In this document: positions 29,182 through 39,129 of the stretch, piece after piece
Position numbering within the stretch: the first letter of the stretch is position 1
Layout of the letters: each line of letters opens with the position of its first letter
Virus record (IMG/VR): IMGVR_UViG_3300010430_000013
Coordinates: 25,734-89,733 of that record
Strand: one strand, 5' to 3'
DNA length: 64,000 nucleotides
Source of the DNA: a virus
The notes under the pieces: generated by a model
The model's input: the letters and a program-made list of their open reading frames with translations, nothing else
Told to the model about the DNA's origin: nothing
Database searches by the model: none
Position numbers and translations under genes: made by a program

Positions 29182-30687
29182 ATGTATCACCCCGGCGTAA
29201 TGACTCACGGCTCTGTTTTGCAAAGTGCAGTACACCCGGAGCATATTCAGGATTTTATCAATAATTCTGACTACTCCATGCTGCCAATCCTTGACTGGAA
29301 TCTTAGTCAGGCTTACCCGTATATAGACTCGACCGAACAACCTGTAATCGGTCTATTGAAAAACTTTACACAAGATAATGTTGAGATAACCTGCGCCCTC
29401 TATGCCCTCAATCGAAAGGGGTTTGGCGAGCTGCTCAGAATATCCAACGGGCTCCCAATTGCGGATAATTGCAAGAATATTGCAGCACTCTCGCCGGAAG
29501 CTTTAAATATCCCGGATCTTGAAGATATTGACCTGCATATCAAGACATTCAATCCTATAGCCCCAGCGCTCGTTCTAAGGGACTCTCAGCTTGATCACCA
29601 TAAGGTACTCATTAACAAAGCAAAAGGCGAATACGACGCGCCTGTGCCCCTAGAAAACGATGTTACCGATTGGTCTTGTTTAGCGCCGCTTTATGAGGCC
29701 GTAGAGAAATACAGTTTGGACAACAATCCTAGGCTTCCTCACTTTCCAACGGGAGACAAAACTGAAGACGAATTTCTCCGCGAACTCTGCGTTAAATCCT
29801 TAAAAGATAAAAATTTAGAGAGTGAAATATACCTTAGCCGTTTAAATTATGAGCTACAGACGTTCGAAAACGCCGGAATGAGTGGTTATTTCCTAATTAT
29901 GTGGGATATTTGCCGCTTTATTCAGGAGAGTGGCTCTATGTTGGGGGCTGGTCGTGGGTCTGCTGCGGGTTGTTTAGCGAGTTATCTGCTGGGCGTTACT
30001 AAAGTTGACCCGATTAAGTACGACCTAATCTTCGAAAGATTCTATAATCCTGACCGAAAGGGCGTACCCGATATCGATTGCGACATTGTGCCGGAATTTA
30101 GACCTAAAGTTATTGATTATTTAAGAGACAAGTATGGTTCCGAGAAAGTTGCACAGCTTTGCACTTACACTACTTTTAAAGGTCGAGGAGCCCTCAAAGA
30201 AACCCTAAAGCAACACGGAATGTCGCACGCAGAGGCAAATAAGGTAACTGAATGCCTTCATGAAGAATCTAAAATTGATCCACAGCTCAAAGACCAGTAT
30301 AATTCATTAGGGACTAAAAGTGTGCTTCTGTACACTTTAATGCATAGTCGAAGACTCGATTTCTGGTGTAAATTTAATAGGAAGACAAGTAAATACACTG
30401 GTAAGTGGGCGGATGCCTTCAAACTGGCAGTTGAGATGGACAGAACTAATATTGCAATTGGCAAACACGCTTCGGCTTTTATTCTGTCAGATAGAAATTT
30501 GCTAGATCAGTGTCCTGTTATACCAGATCCGGCCAACGGGCCTCACCCAGTTTGTGGCTGGGAAATGAATGCGGCAGAAAGATCAGGTTTGGTTAAGTTG
30601 GATTTGTTGGGACTGGACTGCTTGTCTAAATACCAAAGAAGCAGAGAAGTCATATCTAGTAAATCAATCTACTTGGAGGCCATATAA
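29182..30687 (+). CDS. dnaE: DNA polymerase III alpha, N-terminal half (degenerate PHP + catalytic palm)
   Basis: GYFLIMWD, GRGSAAGCL, FERFYNPDR, PDIDCD, GKHASA, LVKLDLLGL. Confidence 0.93.
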   Translation: MYHPGVMTHGSVLQSAVHPEHIQDFINNSDYSMLPILDWNLSQAYPYIDSTEQPVIGLLKNFTQDNVEITCALYALNRKGFGELLRISNGLPIADNCKNIAALSPEALNIPDLEDIDLHIKTFNPIAPALVLRDSQLDHHKVLINKAKGEYDAPVPLENDVTDWSCLAPLYEAVEKYSLDNNPRLPHFPTGDKTEDEFLRELCVKSLKDKNLESEIYLSRLNYELQTFENAGMSGYFLIMWDICRFIQESGSMLGAGRGSAAGCLASYLLGVTKVDPIKYDLIFERFYNPDRKGVPDIDCDIVPEFRPKVIDYLRDKYGSEKVAQLCTYTTFKGRGALKETLKQHGMSHAEANKVTECLHEESKIDPQLKDQYNSLGTKSVLLYTLMHSRRLDFWCKFNRKTSKYTGKWADAFKLAVEMDRTNIAIGKHASAFILSDRNLLDQCPVIPDPANGPHPVCGWEMNAAERSGLVKLDLLGLDCLSKYQRSREVISSKSIYLEAI

Positions 30688-30928
30688 TGGCAGATTCTAT
30701 TACATATGGTCAGTTGACGGTTGGCCAGAAATATACTCTCGTTAATGGAGAGGACACAGATACAATTTGGCTTAAAATCAAAACTCAAACAAAAGGCTGC
30801 TGCCGTAATCGAAAGGTTGTGGCGAATGCTCGTAATTCTGTGGATGCTACTAAAACAGCAATCCATAAACCAAGCGATAAGGTCGTGGTTGTCGGTTAAT
30901 CAATAAAAGATAAATTGATTCTTTTTTG

Positions 30929-30968
30929 AACCCGCTGACTGACCTATAGGCTTTTGGCGGGTTTTTTT
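30929..30968 (+). terminator. intrinsic terminator
   Basis: AACCCGC...GCGGGTT stem followed by a T-run. Confidence 0.7.
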
Positions 30969-30990
30969 ACTTCTTAAATAAGGATTTATT

Positions 30991-31194
30991 ATGGCTAGAT
31001 TTGACTGGGTTCCTTTTGGTGAGCAATTCCGATTTGAGGGGGATATGTTCAAAAAGATAGATTTCGATACCGCTGAGAATATGTTCACAGGCGACTTTCA
31101 GCGTTTTGACTCGATGCAGCAAGTAGAGTACGAAGACTACGAAGAAGAAGCGATGGACGTATTCGCGCTTGATGACGATAACTTGGACTGGTAA
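30991..31194 (+). CDS. acidic hypothetical protein
   Basis: RBS AAGGA; very acidic C-terminus. Confidence 0.65.
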   Translation: MARFDWVPFGEQFRFEGDMFKKIDFDTAENMFTGDFQRFDSMQQVEYEDYEEEAMDVFALDDDNLDW

Positions 31195-31198
31195 TCTT

Positions 31199-31990
31199 AT
31201 GAAGAAAGTATGCGGCAAGTGCAAGACAGAGAAGCTCACGGAGGAGTTTTACAAAAATAAGTCAACGAAAGACGGCTATGCTGGTTGTTGCAAGTCTTGC
31301 CACACGTCATACTTAGACGCATACAAACAAAGAAATATAAAGATACCAGAAGAAAAAACTTGTTATAAATGTAAAAAGACAAAATCCAAAGACTGCTTTA
31401 GTAAAATGAAGCAAGCTAAGGACGGCTTACAGCAATCATGCAAAGAGTGTTGTAAAAAATACAAAGAGTCTCTAAAGAATAGAGAAGATAAAGCTGAATC
31501 AAAAGCATGCCCAAGTTGTAAGGTTCTTTTAAGTTCTTCCGAATTTAATTCTTTTTGTTATAGCGCTGACGGACTTTCTGTCTATTGTAAAGAGTGTACA
31601 AAAAAGAAAAAAACAGAATATCTTCCAGTAAGACGAAAAAGGAAAAAATTTAGATATGATAATGACGTTCAATACAAAATAAAAGACTCCTTAAGAAAAA
31701 GAATTCGCGTTGCCCTTAAAGGTAAAGCAAAATCAAAAGCCACAATAGCTCTTTTGGGGTGCTCCGTAGATTTTTTAAAAACATATCTAGAAAATAAATT
31801 TGAATCTGGAATGACGTGGGAGAATTACGGAATTGATGGTTGGCACATAGATCATATAATTCCTTGTTCTGCATTCGACTTAACTGATCCAGAGCAACAA
31901 GGGCTTTGTTTTCATTACACGAACCTTCAGCCTTTATGGGCTGAGGACAACATTAAAAAAAGCAACTCACTGAATTGGAGAAAAAGATGA
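31199..31990 (+). CDS. HNH-type homing endonuclease with three Zn-ribbon repeats
   Basis: 3x KxCxxC...DG...CKxC; WHIDHIIP...HYTNLQPLW..DNIKKSN. Confidence 0.85.
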   Translation: MKKVCGKCKTEKLTEEFYKNKSTKDGYAGCCKSCHTSYLDAYKQRNIKIPEEKTCYKCKKTKSKDCFSKMKQAKDGLQQSCKECCKKYKESLKNREDKAESKACPSCKVLLSSSEFNSFCYSADGLSVYCKECTKKKKTEYLPVRRKRKKFRYDNDVQYKIKDSLRKRIRVALKGKAKSKATIALLGCSVDFLKTYLENKFESGMTWENYGIDGWHIDHIIPCSAFDLTDPEQQGLCFHYTNLQPLWAEDNIKKSNSLNWRKR

Positions 31991-32688
31991 TTTTAGTTAC
32001 GGATTTGGAGACAATAGACTTAAATAAAAATAAGGTTTCTCATGAGACTGCAATTCCCGTACAACTTGCGGCCATCCCTCTGGATGAGAATTCTCTGGAG
32101 ATTATCGACGACCCTCTGTGTATGTGGATTAATCCTGGCGAAGAAATACTTAATTCACCGTCCTTTTATCAAGATTACTCAAATGTTTTGGCCTTTCATG
32201 AAAAAGCACAAGGTAAACCAAAAGAGGAACTTGTCGAACTCTGGCGCTCAGGATTGGCCACGAGAGACGCGATGAAAGAATTTAAGGATTACGTTAAGTC
32301 TTATACCAAGGGCTCAAAAAAAGCATATTTTGGAGGTATGAACGTCAGAAATTTCGACATACCTATTCTAGAGCGTTTAATCGACAAAGGCTGGCCCTTT
32401 GCTAAAGTTAAGACTTGGGATATTAGAGACGTTGCCCAAATGTGGTTCGAATATTCTCGCAACCCACCTAAGTTGAACGGTAGAGTCAGCTATAGCTTCG
32501 ACTCTTTGCGTCAATACTTTGATATGAGCACAGAGAATGCTCACGACGCCCTTGTTGACGTTAGGCAAGAAGCAGACCTGCTCAGAAGATTTTTACGACT
32601 TCAGAAGAACCTAATGACTTACGGTTATCAACACAGAGACCAAAAGGCATTTGCTTGGGCTAAAGTTCTTCATGGAGTTAAGTCTTGA
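31987..32688 (+). CDS. DEDDh 3'-5' exonuclease (DnaQ/epsilon-like)
   Basis: TDLET, NVRNFDIP, AHDALVD. Confidence 0.88.
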   Translation: MILVTDLETIDLNKNKVSHETAIPVQLAAIPLDENSLEIIDDPLCMWINPGEEILNSPSFYQDYSNVLAFHEKAQGKPKEELVELWRSGLATRDAMKEFKDYVKSYTKGSKKAYFGGMNVRNFDIPILERLIDKGWPFAKVKTWDIRDVAQMWFEYSRNPPKLNGRVSYSFDSLRQYFDMSTENAHDALVDVRQEADLLRRFLRLQKNLMTYGYQHRDQKAFAWAKVLHGVKS

Positions 32689-33281
32689 GCTTAGGCGATA
32701 AGATTAAAGCGCTAAGAAATAAAGGATATTCTTACAACGAAATAGCAAAAGAGCTTGGTTGCTCTAAAGGCACTGTTTCGTATCATTGTGGAGAGGGTCA
32801 AAAGGATAAGGCAGAAGCCAGAAGAAAAAAACGAAGGAAAGAAAAGCCTGTCGACAGAAAGGTTGAAAATTTTCATGCTGAGAGAACATCATCCTTTGAA
32901 CAATCTATTGTTAGAAATAATAACGAAAGAATTTCAGGGAAGATAGCGCTTTTTCATAGTTGTGGGAGTAGAATGAAAACTAAATATACACCAAGAACCT
33001 TCAGCGTGAGCGAAGCAAAAGAACTACTAGAAGAACGAGGAGTTTGTTATTTGACTGGAGATCCAATCGACCCAGAAGACAGTCAATCTTATCATTTTGA
33101 TCACATTAAGCCAAGGTCCGCAGGGGGAGAAAATACAATCGATAATTTAGGAATTTCTTCACCAGAGGCTAATTATGCCAAGGGAAGCATGGAATTTGAG
33201 GACTTCATAAAAATGTGTCATAAAATAGTGAAGAGATATCCTGATCCAGAAGACCCAAGACCAAAACACGAAAGGGGCTGA
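32685..33281 (+). CDS. HTH + HNH endonuclease
   Basis: GYSYNEIAKELGCSKGTVSYH; CYLTG, DHIKPRSAGGENTIDNL...ANYAKG. Confidence 0.85.
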   Translation: MSLGDKIKALRNKGYSYNEIAKELGCSKGTVSYHCGEGQKDKAEARRKKRRKEKPVDRKVENFHAERTSSFEQSIVRNNNERISGKIALFHSCGSRMKTKYTPRTFSVSEAKELLEERGVCYLTGDPIDPEDSQSYHFDHIKPRSAGGENTIDNLGISSPEANYAKGSMEFEDFIKMCHKIVKRYPDPEDPRPKHERG

Positions 33282-33409
33282 AATAGTTTCGATTCGAAGT
33301 CAAGTGATGCGTCTGCCGTGGGAGGCAAAAAGGTCTAACTGCACTAGCAAAAAAGCCTTGGCGTTATCAGCAGCTTTTGAAGACCTCGGGGCAGGACCGA
33401 GCAGCTCCA
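33274..33409 (+). ncRNA. ssrA: minimal tmRNA (ssrA-like)
   Basis: 5' GGGGCTGAAATAGTTTCGA; 3' AGAC-CTCGG-GGCAGGA-CCGAG-CAGCTCC-A; acceptor stem with G3.U alanine determinant. Confidence 0.8.
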
Positions 33410-33429
33410 CTTTTTTCAAAGGAGAAGCA

Positions 33430-33633
33430 ATGGGTGAATTTTTTGTAGAGGCCATTTTTGGCATGATAGTGTCTGCGGTTATTGTAACCGCGCTTGTTGT
33501 GGGAGGAGTTACGTTTGCCGTGACTTGGTATTTCAGTCAACCTCCTTCAGAAGCTCAAGTCTTAAAAGAAGGGCAACGACAACAAGTTATCGAAAAACTT
33601 ACACCTGAAGAACGAGAATTGCTGGGCGTTTAA
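33430..33633 (+). CDS. membrane protein
   Basis: RBS AGGAG; TM helix; KLTPEERELLG. Confidence 0.7.
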   Translation: MGEFFVEAIFGMIVSAVIVTALVVGGVTFAVTWYFSQPPSEAQVLKEGQRQQVIEKLTPEERELLGV

Positions 33634-33634
33634 T

Positions 33635-35221
33635 ATGATTTTTGATTGTGGGTGCGAATTTCACCAAACAGAAGACGGCGGCTGGACTTGGGACGACGAG
33701 AATATTAATTTTCAATGTCCAAAAGTTTGGAGGTTAATTTGTTCTGGCAATACGTCTGGCGTCTTTCAGCTGGACGCTATGCTGGGTCAACATTGGTCCA
33801 GGCAGGTCAAGCCAGAAAACATTAATGAATGGTCTGATCTTATTGCTATTATCCGTCCTGGTATGCTGGAAGCTATCGTGGACGGAAAGAGCCAGACTCA
33901 GCGCTATGTTGACAGAAAACACGGCAAAGAGAGTGTCGCGTTCGACCATCCAAAGCTAGAGGAGGTTCTAGGACCAACTCAAGCTACCATGCCGTTTCAA
34001 GAGCAAGCCATGAGAATCGCCACAGACTTGGCGGGGTTCACAATGGCCGAGTCGGATACTTACATTCGCAAGGGTATCGGCAAGAAGATTCCTGAGGTGA
34101 TTGCCAAAGCCAAGGAAATGTTCATCGAGGGATGCCTCAAGAATAATATCTCCAAAGAATTAGCCGAAAGAATCTTTACGTCTATCGAGGCTGCACAGCG
34201 ATATTCGTTCAATAGGTCACACAGTCTTAGTTACGCTCTGGATGGTTATATTTATTCAGCATATATCAAAGCGCATTTTCCGCTGGAGTTTCATTGCACA
34301 GAATTAGACTTTGCTAAGGGCAAGCAGCCTAAGACTGACCTTGAGGCCGTCTGTGACATCATCGAGGATGCCCTAAAGATGGACATCAAGGTTATGAAAC
34401 CCGACCTTAGATATTTAAATGAAAGATTTTCTATAGTTGACGGCACCATCCTTTACGGCTTAACTAAGATAAAGCATCTCGGTCCCGATAAAATTCGAGC
34501 ACTTCCAGAGCTGAAAGACGCTACTTACATAGAGCTTATCGCTGCCTTAGACAAAATAAACAAAACTTCCGCAGAAAACTTAATCAAAAGCGGGTCTTGT
34601 GATTGGATCAAAGCGCCTCGTTCTAAAATGTTGGCAGACTATGCGGCTTACTCCAAGCTAAATGTGCAGCAAAAAGAAGTTTGTGTAGAAGAATCTGACG
34701 TTCTTAAGGGAATTCAAAAAATTATAGAAATTGGGCCGTCCACCAAGAGCAAGCTGTGCTATAATAAAGTGTCGCTAAAAAAATTAAAGGAACTTGAGAA
34801 TCTCCTCGTGAATCCAATCCGACAGCCAAAAGACACCCCTCAAAAGATTATTGACTGGGAAAAGGAAACACTTGGGCGCTCATTTACTTTTGATGAGGCT
34901 TTGACTCGTTATTGGGATGGGAATTACAAAGAGTTGATTGATGTTAAGCATCATTCTGTCCCCCTAAAAGATCAATTCCTGTTGAGCGCGGTTCTCAGGG
35001 ACTTTAAAGAAATTTACACCAAGAAAAAACAAGAACCTATGGCTCGAATAACTGTTTACAGTTTAGATTGGGTCAGTGATGCGGTTATATTTCCTAGGGC
35101 TTGGGAATTGTGCAAGCATGCGATTGAATCTAATGTCGGCCAGCCGCTTTTATTCAAAGCCAGAATGAATTTCTACAACGAGCAATGGGGCCTAGTAATC
35201 GAGGAGATAGAAGATGTCTAG
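33635..35221 (+). CDS. dnaE: DNA polymerase III alpha, C-terminal half (fingers, HhH, OB)
   Basis: GNTSGVFQL, IRPG, FQEQAM, YSFNRSHS, AYIKAHFPLEF, YGLTKIKHLG, AVIFP. Confidence 0.93.
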   Translation: MIFDCGCEFHQTEDGGWTWDDENINFQCPKVWRLICSGNTSGVFQLDAMLGQHWSRQVKPENINEWSDLIAIIRPGMLEAIVDGKSQTQRYVDRKHGKESVAFDHPKLEEVLGPTQATMPFQEQAMRIATDLAGFTMAESDTYIRKGIGKKIPEVIAKAKEMFIEGCLKNNISKELAERIFTSIEAAQRYSFNRSHSLSYALDGYIYSAYIKAHFPLEFHCTELDFAKGKQPKTDLEAVCDIIEDALKMDIKVMKPDLRYLNERFSIVDGTILYGLTKIKHLGPDKIRALPELKDATYIELIAALDKINKTSAENLIKSGSCDWIKAPRSKMLADYAAYSKLNVQQKEVCVEESDVLKGIQKIIEIGPSTKSKLCYNKVSLKKLKELENLLVNPIRQPKDTPQKIIDWEKETLGRSFTFDEALTRYWDGNYKELIDVKHHSVPLKDQFLLSAVLRDFKEIYTKKKQEPMARITVYSLDWVSDAVIFPRAWELCKHAIESNVGQPLLFKARMNFYNEQWGLVIEEIEDV

Positions 35222-35513
35222 AAAGCCTCTAGAAACGAGCCCTGGAAATATTTACGTGTACAATTGCGACTTATGTAACTGTGATAAAAACTTTTACAGA
35301 GAGTGCGAATACTGCGAAAAAGACGTTTGCGAAAAATGCTGTGAGTATATAAAAAAAGATTTATTTTGGCATAATAGTAGCAATAGTTGCTTTGTTTGTG
35401 ACGATTGTCTTGCAAGATTTAATGAGAGGTATAAAAAAACCACCACTCATATGAATAAGGCTATTAAAGAATTTGAACTCGAATTTAGAGAAGATAGAAA
35501 TGCTAAGTCCTAA
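35214..35513 (+). CDS. Cys-rich zinc-finger protein
   Basis: Multiple CxxC. Confidence 0.6.
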   Translation: MSRKPLETSPGNIYVYNCDLCNCDKNFYRECEYCEKDVCEKCCEYIKKDLFWHNSSNSCFVCDDCLARFNERYKKTTTHMNKAIKEFELEFREDRNAKS

Positions 35514-36978
35514 AGACTCAAAAATACTTGTGATTGGCGACTCCTCAACAAAAAAGACAGGATTTGCTGTAGCTAAAAGACAATTGCTTGATCTATTGTG
35601 GGGCGAAGGCTATAATATAGCAGAGTTCGGATTTGCTGGAGCGCAACGAAACAAGCAGTTGGTTCCATGGAAATACTATCCAGTTGTTCCAACAGATAGA
35701 AACTCTGAAGAGTATGCGGCTTACGGAAGAAACCCCAAGCACAAGCAGGGCGGCGGCAGATGGCACGACTTATGTTTGCACTATAAGCCGAACCTCGTTA
35801 TTATGTTCTGTGATCCGTGGGACGTAGACACGATGGTGTTTTCGCCATTGTCAGATTTTTACAAAACTGTGCTTTATGTACCTTTGGATTCTGGTCCGGT
35901 TAATGCGCATTTGACTTCCGTGCATCATGCAGCAGATTATGTTATTCCATTTACCCATTTTGCTAAAGATGAATTGGCCAAAGTTGGCATTGAAACCCTT
36001 GAGCCAATCGCGCCGGGGTTTAATCAGGTGCATACAGACAAAGCTGCTTGCCGAAGAGCTTTGGGCATTCCCATGGAGGCAGAAGTTTTTGGCTGGGTGG
36101 GCAGAAACCAGCCACGAAAAAGAATCCTGGAGTTAATTAATGCCTTCGAACGATATCTTGCATCCACAAATCGTGATTCTTATTTGTTTTTGCATACTGG
36201 TTTGGTTGATGTCAGCTCTTGGGATTTACCTAGCCTCCTAGTAAACTCGGACTACGCTCATAGAATCTTGTTTTCCTACAAAGAAAAGGATACGCAAAAC
36301 ATAATTGCTCGACCGTTTCAGCATGTGAGAATTCATGCAAATGATAAAATATACAATGCATGTAACGCCGAGTCGACCGTTATTGAGTCTATGGCTACGA
36401 TTTATGGAGCCATGGATTGTTATGTTCAGGCAGCAAATTGCGAAGGATTTGGCATTCCGATTGCTGAAGCGGCTGCCCACGGGACTCCAAACATCTGTGT
36501 TGACCATACAGCAATGGCTGAGGTTTGTCGAAACACAAAAGGTCTTCCGGTTAAGCCAGCCTCTCTTTTGTATGAACCAATCATTTCAACATTAAGGGCT
36601 TCAATCGACCAAGAAGCAATGGTGGAAGCGATGAAAAATCGACCCACTGCTGTCGAACATTACTACACTATGGAAAAGTTTGAAAGAGATTGGCTTAAGT
36701 TCATCAATGAGGTAGAATTAGAAAACCTTTGGGATCAACCTCAAAGACGATTTGACCAAAACCACCCATATGAATTAATGAGCACGGCTAGCTTTGCAGC
36801 GTGCGGGAACATACATCCTTACGTTAGTTTGCAAATCTTACAAGATTCTTACATTCATGATAGAAAATCTGAGGAAATAACAAATAGAGTTCGTGACGCC
36901 GAAGGCAAACTGAAGCATATGGAAGCTATTCGTTTAGGCTTAGTTCCACTAGAAGAAAAAGATTGGATGAAAGATTAA
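35500..36978 (+). CDS. GT4-like glycosyltransferase
   Basis: TGFAV, GWVGRNQPRKR, CEGFGIPIAEAAAHGTP. Confidence 0.88.
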   Translation: MLSPKDSKILVIGDSSTKKTGFAVAKRQLLDLLWGEGYNIAEFGFAGAQRNKQLVPWKYYPVVPTDRNSEEYAAYGRNPKHKQGGGRWHDLCLHYKPNLVIMFCDPWDVDTMVFSPLSDFYKTVLYVPLDSGPVNAHLTSVHHAADYVIPFTHFAKDELAKVGIETLEPIAPGFNQVHTDKAACRRALGIPMEAEVFGWVGRNQPRKRILELINAFERYLASTNRDSYLFLHTGLVDVSSWDLPSLLVNSDYAHRILFSYKEKDTQNIIARPFQHVRIHANDKIYNACNAESTVIESMATIYGAMDCYVQAANCEGFGIPIAEAAAHGTPNICVDHTAMAEVCRNTKGLPVKPASLLYEPIISTLRASIDQEAMVEAMKNRPTAVEHYYTMEKFERDWLKFINEVELENLWDQPQRRFDQNHPYELMSTASFAACGNIHPYVSLQILQDSYIHDRKSEEITNRVRDAEGKLKHMEAIRLGLVPLEEKDWMKD

Positions 36979-36979
36979 T

Positions 36980-37726
36980 ATGGCCAAAAGTCAAGAATAT
37001 CAAACAAGCTGCGTAAACTGTGTTTTTGCTGATTGGGACCCCGAAAGCCCATATCAAATTGGTTGCAAGGTTCGTCCGCTTATGGAATGTGACGAGCACC
37101 TTGGGGATGGCCATTGGAATTTGCGCAGACGATGCCATTACAAAAGAGAAGACGGATGGCTTCAGTCAGCAGCACGCAAACAAGTACGCAAGGAAGTTAC
37201 CCCAAGTTACACGGTAGCCTTTTCTCTCAAGGAAAATAACGCTGACCGCATCTTTGATGCTTTTGTTGGGGCTCGACTGATGCCTAAGCAAATTTTGGCC
37301 TATACTACAGACGTAGACAAGTTCTACTCTATGATGGATAAAATCAAAACTCGACCATCTTATTGTTCAATCAGGTTGATGCAAGATGATATTGATCCCA
37401 AGCTAGAAATCTTGCGAAACGAAAAAAACAAGTATGTTTGGTTTTTGAATCCAGGCGAAGACCCATATAAGGACCTGTTCTGGTGGATGGACCGACAAGT
37501 AAACGACTTGGAGTGGCGTTACGGTCTCATTGATGGAATCTGGCCCGTATCTCTGTTTAAAGCTTTGCCAGGATTGTCTCTGGAAGAAATTAAACAAAAA
37601 ATTATGTCTGAGGAAAACCTTTACTATGAGTACGATTTTATTACAGACTGCGCAACATCCGGTGCTGATTGGGCTTGGAAACAGGCTCGCTTTATCAAAC
37701 CAAGTAAAGATGCTGGATCTGAATAA
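36980..37726 (+). CDS. hypothetical protein (glycosylation cluster)
   Basis: TSCVNCVFA N-terminus; follows the GT gene. Confidence 0.65.
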   Translation: MAKSQEYQTSCVNCVFADWDPESPYQIGCKVRPLMECDEHLGDGHWNLRRRCHYKREDGWLQSAARKQVRKEVTPSYTVAFSLKENNADRIFDAFVGARLMPKQILAYTTDVDKFYSMMDKIKTRPSYCSIRLMQDDIDPKLEILRNEKNKYVWFLNPGEDPYKDLFWWMDRQVNDLEWRYGLIDGIWPVSLFKALPGLSLEEIKQKIMSEENLYYEYDFITDCATSGADWAWKQARFIKPSKDAGSE

Positions 37727-38180
37727 TCCAGAAAAAGCAGACGTAATTCTCCTGGATAATCCAAGCGAAGTTCCAAAGAATATGGTCTCGCACTTTGGCA
37801 AGGCGTGCCGATGGATATGCATTAACGCGCCTAAGCCATTTGCGTCAAGCCGCTTCGAGGAAGTGCAAATCGACAATATGGAATACATTGACGATGTAGC
37901 GTTTAGCCCCTCGAAGAAGTTTAATCTAGAAAATGTTGTTTTATTCTATTCATCCGAGCAGTCGGAAGAAGAGTATGAGTACGATATCGCGACTGGTCCT
38001 TACAAAGATGTAGAAAACTATATTGGATATAGCACAGCGGCAGAAGCTATCGAAATGGCTCTCTCGGCTAAGGGTTTTGTGACCAACAGCGCAACCATGG
38101 AAAACATATTCAAGCATTTCAGCGGTGAAACAACTCTTAAATCGTACAAGGCGCTTGCAGAAAGGTTAGAACTGTGTTAG
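37626..38180 (+). CDS. hypothetical protein (possible degenerate GT-B fragment)
   Basis: Position in cluster; start uncertain. Confidence 0.5.
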   Translation: MSTILLQTAQHPVLIGLGNRLALSNQVKMLDLNNPEKADVILLDNPSEVPKNMVSHFGKACRWICINAPKPFASSRFEEVQIDNMEYIDDVAFSPSKKFNLENVVLFYSSEQSEEEYEYDIATGPYKDVENYIGYSTAAEAIEMALSAKGFVTNSATMENIFKHFSGETTLKSYKALAERLELC

Positions 38181-38560
38181 GAATCTACATTAACTCTCAC
38201 GACCTCCAAGATGAAAAACTTATCAATCTTGTGCAGGCTATCCCAGCAGGAAAATGCAAGATATTCTTTAATACGGATGTCTTTGCCCATTGGGAACATC
38301 CAACTTTTCACGCCCAGTCTTTGTCCATTTTTAACGGTAAGCTAATTTGTACTTGTCCTTTTACTTATAAGTTTGCCAGAAAAACTTTTCCAAATCAAGA
38401 GAATTTATACTTGATGTGGAGACCGGAAATGGCTAAGATATATAGGGCGGCTGATACAGCGGAGGCTTTATCGGAAGCTAATGTACTTGGTGATGTTGAG
38501 CCACCTTTTTGTAAAACTTTTAAACCATGGAACGACTTTCTGAAAGAGCAAAATGTCTAG
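38174..38560 (+). CDS. hypothetical protein
   Basis: Coupled ORF. Confidence 0.6.
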   Translation: MLGIYINSHDLQDEKLINLVQAIPAGKCKIFFNTDVFAHWEHPTFHAQSLSIFNGKLICTCPFTYKFARKTFPNQENLYLMWRPEMAKIYRAADTAEALSEANVLGDVEPPFCKTFKPWNDFLKEQNV

Positions 38561-38900
38561 TAAAGATTTGATTCTAGATGCCCTAGCGGCAAAAGCTGAG
38601 GCCGAAGTAAAGTGTTGTCGCGCCAACATCGAAGCGATGCTTGACTATCCGAAAAGCATTCCTGATCACACAGAAATGGTAGAAGACGTGTTTGCACTTT
38701 TTGTTAAGCTGGAAGCCGCGCAATCAATGCACTATTGTATTGAAGCTTATATTGAAAGCGATATGGAAATCACAGAAGAAGAAACGATTGATCTTTCAGA
38801 ATTGAAAGAGTATCTGGAGAAAAATGTAGAAGGATGCTGTGGAGGGGGCACCTGCGAAACAGTCAACGAAGCAGACTTGGAGGAAGACGGATTTATTTGA
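38553..38900 (+). CDS. acidic hypothetical protein
   Basis: Coupled ORF; CCGGGTC. Confidence 0.65.
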   Translation: MSSKDLILDALAAKAEAEVKCCRANIEAMLDYPKSIPDHTEMVEDVFALFVKLEAAQSMHYCIEAYIESDMEITEEETIDLSELKEYLEKNVEGCCGGGTCETVNEADLEEDGFI

Positions 38901-38901
38901 T

Positions 38902-39055
38902 ACACCGCAGGCTTTGGCGTTGCTTGTTAAATCTAAACTGTTAGCCCTGCGGGGCGGGTTTATTTCGAATCAAGCGTGCGAGACGCCAAGCGCAAATTTA
39001 TTGATGATTCGCACTCATTAAATATCTTTGCGTTACGCTAAAAGCGGTGTTTTTT
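38902..39055 (+). ncRNA. candidate structured ncRNA (three-way junction)
   Basis: Intergenic; nested helices ACACCGC/GCGGTGT, TTGGCGT/ACGCCAA, GCTTG/CAAGC, GCGCAAA/TTTGCGT, then a T-run. Confidence 0.5.
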
Positions 39056-39129
39056 GGAGAAGCTAGGCTACAAGCCAAGCGGGGTATGGGTGGGCACAAT
39101 ACAATTGATTTCTTTTTGGAGAATTGACT

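Noticed and set aside
33304-33429. N-terminal extension of ORF 33304-33633
   Set aside because: It overlaps the tmRNA; a good RBS and ATG lie at 33430
30687-33634. Group I/II intron or split intein joining the dnaE halves
   Set aside because: The interval holds several independent genes and a terminator; no intein motifs or intron core recognised
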